Assembly: GCA_964016885.1 (NCBI GenBank)
Contig: CAXHJY010001522.1
Coordinates: 1 to 31,864 of the forward strand
Length of the DNA: 31,864 nucleotides
Reading direction: 5' to 3'
Origin: Eledone cirrhosa
Taxonomy: Eukaryota
In this document: positions 8,138 to 18,547 of the stretch, in pieces
How positions within the stretch are numbered: position 1 is the first letter of the stretch
How the letters are laid out: each line of letters starts with the position of its first letter
Program-made: the position numbers and the translations under genes
Notes under the pieces: generated by a model
What the model saw: only the letters and a program-made list of their open reading frames with translations
Databases searched by the model: none
What the model was told of the DNA's origin: nothing

Positions 8138-10903
8138 TTGTTGTCCTTAAATGCTCGCAGTTTATGCAACAAGATACATCTGTTCGAATCCTACGTCAGA
8201 AGCATCGACCCTGACTTCATCACAGTCACGGAAACATGGGCACATTCCTTACTCTGTGATGGGGTTTTCACCATTACTGGGTACAACCTTTTCCGCAAGG
8301 ACCGCATTAACCGCCGTGGTGGTGGTGTGATGGTCTACGTTCGTTCAAACTTTTCGGTAATTCCTTGCGTTGATTTGAACGAATCACAGGAAGAAGTTTT
8401 TTTCTGTGACATACGTATGACCATGTCAACACTTCTGCTTGGTGTTGTTTATCGCCCCCCAAACTACCATCAGGACACACAGCTTTGCGATATCCTCAGA
8501 GTTGCTGCCAAGAAAACAGCCACTTATGTGTTTATTGCAGGTGACTTCAATCATCCTGAGATCGATTGGGAAACCTTTCGTTGGCCACAGGGTGCAAACG
8601 ATTTCCTTGAACTAGTGCTGGACTCAAACTGGTCACAAGTAGTCACCTCTCCAACAAGAGGTGACAACACTTTGGACCTGATCTTCACCACTACTCCTGA
8701 AGTGGTTATCAGTTGTACTACTGAGGAACCTCTAGGCGACTCTGATCATGCTATGATCATTGCCAATCTGGCACTTGAGGGCAGCAACAAAAACCAGAGC
8801 CATCTCCAATCTGCTTGCTTTGATTGGAAGAGGGCGGATTGGAACTTGTACTGCACTGAGCTACAGCGCCCAAACTGGCATGAGATGTATAACTCTGGAG
8901 ATGTGAACTCTATACTCCAGAGCATCCTGGACTCAATATGGATAGCGTGTGCAGCATCAGTGCCACGGAAGCGGAAAAATAACCACCCCAAAAGTGCAAT
9001 CTGGGAAACTTCAGCAGTCCGACTTGCCAGGAAAGAACGTCGGAACGCTGAACGGGAATATAAACTGCATAGATCAGATGCCAACAGAAAAAAGCGGAAT
9101 AAATCTTCTAACCATCTCAAGCAAGTGACAAAGAAGGCAGTGCTTGAATTTGAACAGTGCATCGCAACCAATCCTGACAGTAAGGTGTTCTGGAAATATG
9201 TTCATTCAAAGCAGAGACCTCACTCTCCAGTTGGTCCTCTTCGCAATCCCCACACAAGCCAGATCACTGACGATCCCAAGGAATGCGCAGAACTCATTGC
9301 TGAGTGCTATGCAAGTATTTTTACTGTTGAAAACCAGAATGTACCATCTCCACCATCTCTAACATCAAATTCCATAACAACTATGGAATTTACACCTGCA
9401 ATGTTGCGACGTCACCTTAAGAATAAGCGCAACTATGCCTCCCCTGGTCTTGATGGTGTGACATACCTGCTTCTCAAACGTGGTGGGGATTTCCTTTTGC
9501 GCCAGCTTTCTTTTTTCTTTCAATACTGTCTCAGCAATGGTGCTACTCCGGAGCAGTGGAAAACTGCCAGTGTCATTCCCCTGTTCAAAAAGGGCAACCG
9601 CATGTCACCTGTCAACTATCGTCCAGTCAGTCTTACTAGCTGTATGGCCAAACTGATGGAATCCTGTGTCAGAGAAACACTTTGGAACTTCTGGAGCTCT
9701 CACAGCCTCATCCGGCCCTCACAGTTTGGATTTATCCCTAACTCCAGCTGCTGTGATCAGCTTATCGAGTTCCTTGAGGACATCACCCGGATCACTGACA
9801 GCGGCTCATGGGTGGATGTTGTTTACCTTGACTTTGCTAAGGCTTTTAATTCTGTGCCACACAAAAGACTTATGGCAAAACTCTCTGCAATGGGTGTGAG
9901 GGATGATCTTTTCGACTGGCTGAAATCCTTCATTCTCAGCCGAAGGAAAGTAGTCACGGTTCTAGGACAGCATTCTTCACCATATGAGATGTCATCTGGT
10001 GTACCACAGGGATCTGTTCTTGGTCCTCTTTTGTTTGTGGCATATATTAATGACATAGATGCCAACTTACAGAATGCCACGGTACTAAAATATGCAGATG
10101 ACATCAAGCTGTACCTTGAAATCAAAAGGACTGATCCTGAAATTTACAACTCTTTCCTAAAATCAGACCTGGACACAATGCAGCAATGGATCACAGACTG
10201 GCAACTGAAGCTGGCTGTGGACAAGTGTACCACCATGCATTTTGGAAGGAAAAATCCAGCGTCCACATACTCCCTCCACAACACTGACATCAAAAAGTCC
10301 TCTTGTGAACGTGACCTGGGCATTACTGTCGGCAACGATTTGCGTTGGACAAAGCATGTCTCTAAGATTGTCAAGAAGGCCGAGGGTGTCTTGGCATCAC
10401 TCAGCAAGACCTTTGTTAGCCGCTCTCCAGCCATCTATTTAAAACTGTATACAGCTATGGTGCGACCACACTTGGAATTCGCATCATCAGTCTGGAACCC
10501 CTATCTTGCTCGGAACATTGACCTCCTGGAAGCTGTTCAGAGACGTGCAACCAAGCGCATACCCTCCATCAGACACCTACCATACTCTGAACGCCTTGCT
10601 TCCCTGGGCATGGATTCATTGAAGCTCCGACATCTGGCAGTGGACTTGGTGAATACCCACAAAGTTTTTAACCATCTCGCCAACTGCAACCCTGAGCGCC
10701 TCTTTGATCTCCATGTGTCTAACACACGTGGACATGCCTACAAGATAAGAAAACAGCACAGCTCCCATGACTTTCGCAGACATTTTTTCACGCTCAGAGT
10801 TGCTGAAACATGGAACAAACTGCCTGCGTCAATTGTTAGCTGCCGAGACACTGCATCCTTTAAGACACTCATGCTTCCCGAAATACGCCAAAACTACACC
10901 TGA
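8138..10903 (+). CDS. LINE ORF2p: apurinic-like endonuclease + reverse transcriptase (frame is open from 8030; no ATG before the APE domain)
   Basis: APE motifs LNARS, VTETW, YRPP, AGDFN, LDL, SDH; RT motifs NYRPVSLTS, QFGF, YLDFAKAF, GVPQGSVLGPLLF, YADD; CR1-type C-terminus RGH.YK....RRHFFTLRV..WNKLP. 921 codons without stops. Confidence 0.95.
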   Translation: MLSLNARSLCNKIHLFESYVRSIDPDFITVTETWAHSLLCDGVFTITGYNLFRKDRINRRGGGVMVYVRSNFSVIPCVDLNESQEEVFFCDIRMTMSTLLLGVVYRPPNYHQDTQLCDILRVAAKKTATYVFIAGDFNHPEIDWETFRWPQGANDFLELVLDSNWSQVVTSPTRGDNTLDLIFTTTPEVVISCTTEEPLGDSDHAMIIANLALEGSNKNQSHLQSACFDWKRADWNLYCTELQRPNWHEMYNSGDVNSILQSILDSIWIACAASVPRKRKNNHPKSAIWETSAVRLARKERRNAEREYKLHRSDANRKKRNKSSNHLKQVTKKAVLEFEQCIATNPDSKVFWKYVHSKQRPHSPVGPLRNPHTSQITDDPKECAELIAECYASIFTVENQNVPSPPSLTSNSITTMEFTPAMLRRHLKNKRNYASPGLDGVTYLLLKRGGDFLLRQLSFFFQYCLSNGATPEQWKTASVIPLFKKGNRMSPVNYRPVSLTSCMAKLMESCVRETLWNFWSSHSLIRPSQFGFIPNSSCCDQLIEFLEDITRITDSGSWVDVVYLDFAKAFNSVPHKRLMAKLSAMGVRDDLFDWLKSFILSRRKVVTVLGQHSSPYEMSSGVPQGSVLGPLLFVAYINDIDANLQNATVLKYADDIKLYLEIKRTDPEIYNSFLKSDLDTMQQWITDWQLKLAVDKCTTMHFGRKNPASTYSLHNTDIKKSSCERDLGITVGNDLRWTKHVSKIVKKAEGVLASLSKTFVSRSPAIYLKLYTAMVRPHLEFASSVWNPYLARNIDLLEAVQRRATKRIPSIRHLPYSERLASLGMDSLKLRHLAVDLVNTHKVFNHLANCNPERLFDLHVSNTRGHAYKIRKQHSSHDFRRHFFTLRVAETWNKLPASIVSCRDTASFKTLMLPEIRQNYT

Positions 10904-11183
10904 TGTGCCCCTTCCATACACATGCACACATGTGTGCACTGTTCATTTTACTGATGTTTGTGCATTGCCCTATGTACTGTACATGCACTTTTTTGATGGG
11001 TTGTGGTGCACCTGAGCACTGTACACAATATTTCATTATTGTTATTGTTATTATATCATGACTCATACACTGTTTATTTTCCTGACATTTGTACATTATT
11101 CTATGTACTATACATGCACCTTTGATGAGTTGTAGTGCACCTGAGCACTGTACACAATCATTTCATTATTATTATTATTATTA

Positions 11184-11279
11184 TATACACACACACGTGT
11201 GTGTGTATATATATATATGTATATATATATATATACACACGTGTGTGTGTATATATATATATATACACACACACACGTG

Positions 11280-11310
<31 letters not shown>

Positions 11311-11314
11311 TCAC

Positions 11315-11363
<49 letters not shown>

Positions 11364-11453
11364 CACACACACGTGTGTATATATATATATATAAATATAT
11401 ACACACACACGTGTGTGTGTGTATATATATATATACACACACACGTGTGTGTG

Positions 11454-11536
<83 letters not shown>

Positions 11537-11587
11537 GTGTGTGTGTGTATATATATATATATATACACACACACGTGTGTGTGTATT

Positions 11588-11649
<62 letters not shown>

Positions 11650-11683
11650 CACGTGTGTGTGTATATATATACACACACACACG

Positions 11684-11722
<39 letters not shown>

Positions 11723-11725
11723 GTG

Positions 11726-11797
<72 letters not shown>

Positions 11798-11798
11798 C
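11184..11798. repeat. (TA)n(CA)nCG(TG)n palindromic compound microsatellite, right part
   Basis: Same CACACGTGTG + TA architecture as 7656-7927. Confidence 0.95.
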
Positions 11799-12024
11799 AA
11801 ACGTACAAAGTTATAATTAGATGTGATGCAATTTCTGTAACGGTTCAAGAGAGCGTGAAGTAGACGTAAGTGTTAGCATTACTCTTTCTCTTTTGATAAG
11901 AGAAAGAGTAAGAAATTTAAGGTCGCACGCTTTAAAATATCTCTCTGTATGTCTGGCTGTCTGCAACACGTCAAGTCTTAATTGTGTGTGTGTGATATAT
12001 ACGATATTCTGTGTCTGTGTCTGC

Positions 12025-12058
<34 letters not shown>

Positions 12059-12165
12059 TATACATAAATACATATATATATATATATATATATTTGATAT
12101 TAAACAAATGGAAATTACATTTATAAAACCATATTTATTTCATTATATATATTTCAGGGATATCA

Positions 12166-12245
12166 TATTTAATATTTAATATTTAATATCTAATATCTAA
12201 TATTTAATATTTAATATCTAATAGTTAATATTTAATATTTAATAT
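12166..12245. repeat. (TTTAATA)n heptamer repeat
   Basis: Directly visible, with some TCTAATA variants. Confidence 0.9.
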
Positions 12246-12318
12246 CGTAAAATACAGTACCAGTAATACACTGCGTAACGTAGAAACAATTATTATATAT
12301 ATATATATATACACACAC

Positions 12319-12359
<41 letters not shown>

Positions 12360-13237
12360 CATGTTAACGTGATTCAGGTAATTATAAAATCAAATCATGG
12401 TTATCAAATAAATTGGATTTAATAATTTATATTTCATAGTAAATAGTTATGAATTTAAAAAAAGCCAACAATCTTTTAAGACCATGTTGAAATAAATTTT
12501 AAAATACTTACAGTTTCAGTTGGAAAAAATTAAATTGCTTCTTAAAGACTATTTCACGAACATTTTCAGTGGAGATGGTCAAATTTGGAATTCTATGCTT
12601 GGCAAAGCTCAACTCGATAACAAAAAAAATATATATATATGTGTGTGTATATCTCTGGACGCAAGCTAGAGCTGGCGAATATGATGTTACTGTTTAGATT
12701 ATTTCAGCCTTAATGAATCTTTCAATTTAAGAGAGAGGGAGCTGATGAAATATAGAGAGAGTGAAACTGCTTTAATTAAGTCTATCTATCTAAAAAGAGA
12801 GAGAGTAAGACTTTTAACGTCGCACGCTTTAAAATATGTGTCTGTATGCCTGACTGTCTGCAACCCGTCGTCACAGCGCGTATACATATTTTTTTTATTG
12901 ATCACATAATCTATTTATTTGGTCAAATCTCGAATTTCTTCAAATGAAGGTTTATCTTAACTCCGAGTAATGTTACTGAACTAATTAAATTGATTTCTAA
13001 TATTTATATACACATTATCGATATTTAAAAATTACTAAAATAATTATTTTTTAACTGTTTATATTCAAATATTAAAAGGCGCAATTTCGCGATGTTTTCA
13101 CACGTACAGTTAAACAGACACACATCATACTTGTGTATACCTTATGAACAAGGCCAGCAATTAGAAAGACACCTATATCTAATATGTATTGAGTACCTTA
13201 GTTACTGTGGTTAATACCGACTCAACCAGTGACCTAC

Positions 13238-13303
<66 letters not shown>

Positions 13304-13345
13304 GTAGGTTCCCCCGAACCATGCATGTGTGTGTCATTTGGCAGA

Positions 13346-13485
13346 GGAGGGGAAAGTCGATTAAATCGACCCCAGTACATTACTGGTGCTTTATTTTATC
13401 GACCCCGTAAGGATGAAAGGCAAAGTTAACCTCGGCGTGATTTGAACTCAGACCATAAAGAGACGTAACTCTATGCTGGAAAGCA
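13346..13485 (-). mobile_element. tRNA-derived SINE fragment (octopus-type)
   Basis: Reverse strand reads TCTGAGTTCAAATCACGCCGAGGTTAACTTTGCCTTTCATCCTTACGGGGTCGATAAAATAAAGCACCAGT: B-box-like GAGTTCAAATC plus a conserved central block; several copies in the window. Confidence 0.8.
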
Positions 13486-13529
13486 TGGCGACCGACTTGG
13501 GTATAGCGTCGGTTAGCAGGCCAAGCCAT

Positions 13530-14100
13530 GGACCTGGGTGCTTTTTGAAATGACACCTACATGACCACTTTACAGTGTGGACTGGGTGCTTTGTTGTGAC
13601 AGCTACATGGCTACTTTACATTGTGGACTGGTTACTCTCCGTCATGACACCTACATGAACACTTTACAGGGTGGACTGGGTGCTATTTGTCATGACACCT
13701 ACATGACCACTTTACAGAGTAGACTGGGTGCTTTTTTAGTGACACCTACATGACCACTTTACTGTGTGGACTGGGTGCTTTTTATCATGACACCTACACA
13801 ACCACTTTACAGGGTGGACTGGGTGCTTTTGGTTCTGACACCTACACAACCACTTTACAGTGTCGACTGGGTGCTTTTTGTTATGACACCTATACAACCA
13901 CTTTACAATAATGACTGGTACTTTTTGTTGTGACACCTACATGACCACTTTACAGTGTGGACTAGATGTCTTTGTTGTGACACTTACACAACCTCTTTAC
14001 AGAGTGGACTGAGTGCCTTTTGTTATGACACCAACACATCAACTTTACAGAGTGGACTGGGTGCTTTTGTTGTGACTTGTACACTACCACTTTACAGTCT
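13530..14100. repeat. Minisatellite, ~46-48-bp unit, ~12 copies
   Basis: TGACACCTACATGACCACTTTACAGTGTGGACTGGGTGCTTTT repeated in tandem. Confidence 0.92.
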
Positions 14101-14199
14101 AAAGGTGGTGTGTACAGAAGTGGGAGTGTGGGAGTTTGGAAAGGAGTATAGTGGTTAGGAGGGGCCTACTAGATGTATGTTTGAGTCCGTGCACATTGG

Positions 14200-15005
14200 A
14201 AAGCAGGCCTTCTGTATTGCTGCATACATCTCAAGATCTCTATCCTGTGTCATTGTCTTTGAGAGTTGCAATTGTGCAAAGTCATCTTTTATCACCTCAT
14301 CCCAGGTCATCCTGGGTCTTCCGCCTTCATAACTTCCATCAACTTTGATTGCCCAGCACATTTTTATACAGCTGTCATCCTTTATACCCATCACATGACC
14401 ATACCAATGTAATCTACTCTCTTGTATACTGCATATGATCCCTCTCATACCTAATTTCACTCTCATTTACACTCTGCCCAACCCTAGGGAGGTTGCCACA
14501 CCATGGCATAACTGAAGACTTCTCTTGAGCCCAATATTTTTCTTTCATTGAGATGAGAAAACTGCTTGAAATGTGAGGAGTATTAATGGAGAGAAATAGC
14601 TAAGGAGTGGTAGTGGAAGGGGCATGGCTGGGGTGTAGATTGCAGACCACACATAAGTATCAAGCAGTCTAGCCTCCATTCTGAGAGAGAAGCCCTTTGT
14701 TGTCAACAGATGGAACAGTACTCTAAACTTCTTCCAGCCTGTCCTTATCCTGGGTATTACACTTTTAGAGATTCTTCCTCCACTGCTAACTTGATCACCG
14801 AGATATTGAAATATGTCATCTGTAATTCTAGGGAGCCTCCCTGACAGTTGTAGGAATCTATTTCATGTGTGGTCTGTGTCCTCACTTCTCATGTACATCA
14901 TGTCACATATATAATCTATCTTTCCCATTAACCTGCCTGTAATCACACTGCAAGGCTTGTGTCCACAGATTATACTGTGTTCTTTATGGAATTACTGCCC
15001 ACTAA
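14200..15005 (-). mobile_element. RTE-clade LINE fossil, 3' part
   Basis: Minus-strand KLGMRGIICSIQESRLHWYGHVM...GGRPRMTWDEVIKDD (RTE C-terminus), with upstream degenerate RTE-like stretches (RIRTGWKKFRVL). Confidence 0.85.
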
Positions 15006-15263
15006 AATACACCCAGTACACTCTGTAATGATTACTTCTAAGATAAAATACCAAGATAGATACTTTTAGAACCCCCCACCCTGGTGAACTCTAAGGTCAT
15101 CCAACCTTTCAAACGTGTAGCACGATATTAACGCTGACTTTTCTTCCTCTCCCTTTCTATTTGACCGTGAGGGTAGTAGCACACTGAAAGCTTTACCCCC
15201 CCTCACCAACTGGCCTCAAGTAGACTGAATAGCCAACACTTTAGGGCGACCGGCTGAAGTGGA

Positions 15264-15322
15264 AGATGGCGGCCCGCGTTCCGAAATACGTTATCCCGTG
15301 CAACGCCGGGTACCACTGCTAG
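15264..15322 (+). mobile_element. Helitron-type 3' terminus
   Basis: Hairpin CCCGTGCAACGCCGGG (15295-15310), 8-nt spacer, CTAG (15319-15322), followed by T of a TA run. The 5' end was not identified. Confidence 0.7.
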
Positions 15323-15619
15323 TATATATATATATATATGTATATCAGAGGGTCTTAACGTTTACCCGACAACCACTTCAACACCTATTGGTCAGAGGAG
15401 CATGCCAGTCAGATTTTTATCCTCACCAGAAGATGAGATATTGACATTTGTAAACACACAATCCCCACCCCCTGGGGAAGAATGCACCTCCCAACATAAC
15501 CCAGTAGTTAGTGATTTCATAGACTTAGATGAACTTGAAGACTGAGGGCAACTTGGAGGAGAAGGATATGGAAGTTAAAGGACCCCTCAGCCAGTTCCAA
15601 ATTTAGAGATATTTTGTTT

Positions 15620-17330
15620 GATCTTTACAACAGTAAGGAAGAACAAATAGAAACATACAATATAGGGGAACAGTGGGAGTTCCTTAAAGAACCTTTGCTG
15701 AAGGTGTCAAACTAGATCTGTGGCTGGAGCAGGGCTTCAGAGAGGAGAGTATCTTGGTGGTGAAACACTAGGGTAGATGAGACAGTTAAGGCCAAGAGAC
15801 AGGCATGGAATAATGGCAGAATGGAGGCAGCTGGAGGGTACACTACAGGAAGCTAGGCAAGAAGTATTCTTTGCAAGGAGGGAAGCAGAGAATATATAAT
15901 TTCAGTTGGTTTTATGATGTGAGGATGAAATACATGAGATGTTCAGGATTGTGAGGCAGTGTGTGAGGGCAAATTGTGATGTTGGGGTAAAGTGTGTCCA
16001 GGATGATAATGGGGCATTTGGGCTCACTGATGCTGAATAGGGTCAGCTGAAAAGTTCATAGGCAGACCAAGATACACTCATGGAATGACCAAATGAGGTT
16101 TATTTTTCAACATAGTCCCTGGAAGGAAACAATGCAGTTATTAATAAGAAGAGTTGAAATTAATGCAGGCAAGATTTCACAGCTCTAGCATCATGCTATC
16201 ATTGATAGTCTATGAACTTTTCAGCCAACCTTTGTAACATGGAAATGCCTTTATGAAAGATTACTGAATGAGGAGAATGCATGGGAGGAAGATAGTCTAC
16301 GGAAAGTGGGCCCAACAGAGGGTCCAGCCATACAAGTAAGCAGTAAGGTAATTAAGGATATGAAGTAAGGTAATTAAGGATATGAAGACAGAGAAAGTAT
16401 CTTGTCCATTGGTGATAGTTGCTGAGATACTGAAAGTATCTGGGATGGTGGGTCACATCTTAACCACTGGTATCGTACAGCATGTAATACAAAATGGTGT
16501 CATACCAAATAAATGGTGTAGTATCATCATCATCAACTGCTACAAGGGCAAAGGAGATGTACTAGAGCTAGAAAACTATAGAGATATTAGATGGACCACT
16601 TCATGAAGGTGTTAGATTTATAACACAGCTGATTAGGGACCAAGTTAACCTAGATGAGATGAAGTTTGGATTTGTGCCAGGTAAAAGTACCACTGATGTC
16701 CTCTTCCTTGTGTGGCAACTGCAAGAGTAGTACCTAGCTAAAATAAGCCCCTCTACTTGGCATTTGTTGACCCAGAGAGAGCTTCTGTGAGACTTCCCCC
16801 TTCCCTAATCTGGTGTATAACTTAGAAAACTAGGGGTATATGAGTGGCTTGTGAGAGCAGTAAAAGCCATGTATGGAGGAGCAGTCAGTAAGGTTAAAAG
16901 TAATGATGGCTATAGTGAGGAGTTGAGTGAACAAGTCTATCAGGGCTCTGTTATTAACCCTCTATCAGGGCTCTGTAATTAACCCTCTTCTGTTTATTAT
17001 CATCCTGCAGGCTATTACATATTACTGGCTGTCCATGGGAACTCCTGTATGCACATGATTGAACCCTTGTCACTTAATCTGTGGTAAAATTAGAGGAGAA
17101 ATTCCAAACCTGGAAGCATGGTCTAGAATGAAAGTGATGTAAGATAACTTGGCAAAATAGAAAGGAAAACAGGGCCTAGATCCCCACAAGAAAATGGCCT
17201 TGATCATTCTAAAGGAAAGGAGTAGGTAGAAATTCCAAACTATGGATAAACAAGAGATGTAGTTGGATCTCAGTGAGATTAGCAACAAAATGTAAGCTGT
17301 GTATGTTCTTGATGCACAAGAGCAATAAGT
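15620..17330 (+). mobile_element. RTE-clade LINE fossil (linker + RT), interrupted by a MITE
   Basis: Degenerate peptides GVIPNKWCSIIINCYKGKGDVLELENYRDI, LDEMKFGFVPGKSTTD.LF, KNKPLYLAFVD, QGSV, CPWELLYA, with many stops and frameshifts. Confidence 0.88.
16038..16236 (+). mobile_element. Tc1/mariner-type MITE (~200 bp)
   Basis: Terminal inverted repeats AGGGTCAGCTGAAAAGTTCATAG ... CTATGAACTTTTCAGCCAACCT with TA near both ends; interrupts the RTE fossil; second copy at 5811-5975. Confidence 0.8.
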
Positions 17331-17363
17331 AGCAAGAGCTCACAAAATAATAAGCTACTTTTA

Positions 17364-17584
17364 CCCTTTAGCATTTTTATTACTCTATATATACTATTGT
17401 ATTTTTGTGGTAAAGGCTTTATCTTACATAATTATCTCATATAATATCGAATCTATGAGATTTTGATATTATTTATATTGAGAACAATACCTTAACGTCA
17501 GTATGAGTGGCCAGTTATGGCTGGTTTGAACAGAAAGATGTGAGAGTATTCTGGCTAGGTATGGCTGGTTTAAATGCTAAAGGG
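17364..17584. mobile_element. piggyBac-type MITE (221 bp)
   Basis: TIRs CCCTTTAGCATTT / AAATGCTAAAGGG; right flank TTAA (17585-17588), left flank TTTA (one mismatch to the TTAA target duplication). Confidence 0.78.
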
Positions 17585-17671
17585 TTAAATGTCCAGAAGG
17601 CTCTGTAGAAACCGGTTCATAATTTCTGTTAACTTAATTAACCAAATTAATCCAGCAGTTACCTCCCTTTA

Positions 17672-18003
17672 CAGACTGAGTTCAAATCCCGTTGAGGTTA
17701 ACTTTTCTTTCATCCTTACGGGGTCGATAAAATAAAGTACTGGGGTAATTGCTGACCTTGTGCCTAAAGTAGAAACAATTATTATTTGTATAAATAATAA
17801 AGTACCAGTAATGTACTGGGTAATTGCTGACCTTGTGCCTAAAGTAGAAACAATTATTATTTGTATAAATAATAAAGTACCAGTAATGTACTGGGTAATT
17901 GCTGCCCTTGTGCCAAAAGTAGAAACAATTATTATTTGTATAAATAATAAAGTACCAGTAATGTACTGGATAATTGCAGCCCTTGTGCCAAAAGTAGAAT
18001 CCA
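17672..18003 (+). mobile_element. SINE fragment whose 3' part is amplified as a 75-bp tandem repeat (~3.5 copies)
   Basis: CTGAGTTCAAATCCCGTTGAGGTTAAC...CATCCTTACGGGGTCGATAAAATAAAGTAC, followed by GTACTGGGTAATTGCTG.CCTTGTGCC.AAAGTAGAA at 17738, 17813, 17888, 17963. Confidence 0.8.
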
Positions 18004-18149
18004 CAATTGACAATGTATATAATGCTGAACCCAGTGCCATTATTAAATGTGGAAATATCCACTTTATAAATAAATTAATGTTTTGAAATTACACTGAAAG
18101 AATCTCTTCAGCAATTTCTACTGAAAAAATCTTTTTCCTTTCTACTGTT

Positions 18150-18193
<44 letters not shown>

Positions 18194-18412
18194 TCAGAGC
18201 AAACATCACGGACGCTCTATCTCAAAATTATTTTTGAAAAGCATTAGAAATGCGCAACCGGTAAAACTTAAAACCAAAACTTAATACTAACCAATACTAT
18301 TACTAATTATCACTTATTCCTAATTAAACTATTTTTCACTGTGAACAATTTGTCACAATTTTCTATTCCGTTTACCAATATATATATATATATATACATA
18401 CACATATATATA

Positions 18413-18470
18413 CTAGCAGTGGTACCCGGCGTTGCACAGGATAAGGTATTTTGGAAAGCGGGCCGTCAAC
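18413..18470 (-). mobile_element. Helitron-type 3' terminus abutting the 1584-bp array
   Basis: Reverse complement GTTGACGGCCCGCTTTCCAAAATACCTTATCCTGTGCAACGCCGGGTACCACTGCTAG(T) is homologous over ~58 bp to 15264-15322 and ends in a TA run. Confidence 0.7.
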
Positions 18471-18547
18471 AGAACTAATCATGGAAAAGTGCATGCCTGG
18501 ACAATATGTAAAGAAATATGTCAAGAAAATAAACCGAATACTCTGTC

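Larger units (their letters stand above)
7928..11183 (+). mobile_element. CR1-clade LINE, 5'-truncated within ORF1, intact ORF2, duplicated 3' UTR end, (ATT)n tail
   Basis: Unique sequence bracketed by the same microsatellite on both sides. Contains a putative ORF1 tail ending at 8081, an APE-RT ORF to 10903 and an ATT repeat tail at ~11166-11183. Confidence 0.92.

Noticed and set aside
8746-10725. Antisense and alternate-frame ORFs within the LINE
   Set aside because: Shadow ORFs of ORF2 with no independent motifs.
11089-12179. [10 protein letters not shown]-type ORFs (also 7531-8050, 13189-13429)
   Set aside because: Translations of TA/CA/TG microsatellites, which lack stop codons.
11900-12870. 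~70-bp direct repeat (GTCGCACGCTTTAAAATAT...GTCTGCAAC) at ~11900-11972 and ~12800-12869 as LTRs
   Set aside because: Short, diverged, no TG...CA ends, primer-binding site or internal coding sequence; probably two fragments of a dispersed repeat.
18152-18375. TC-(TA)n start as a Helitron 5' end
   Set aside because: Wrong side and orientation to pair with the 18413 terminus, and TC before a TA run is too unspecific.
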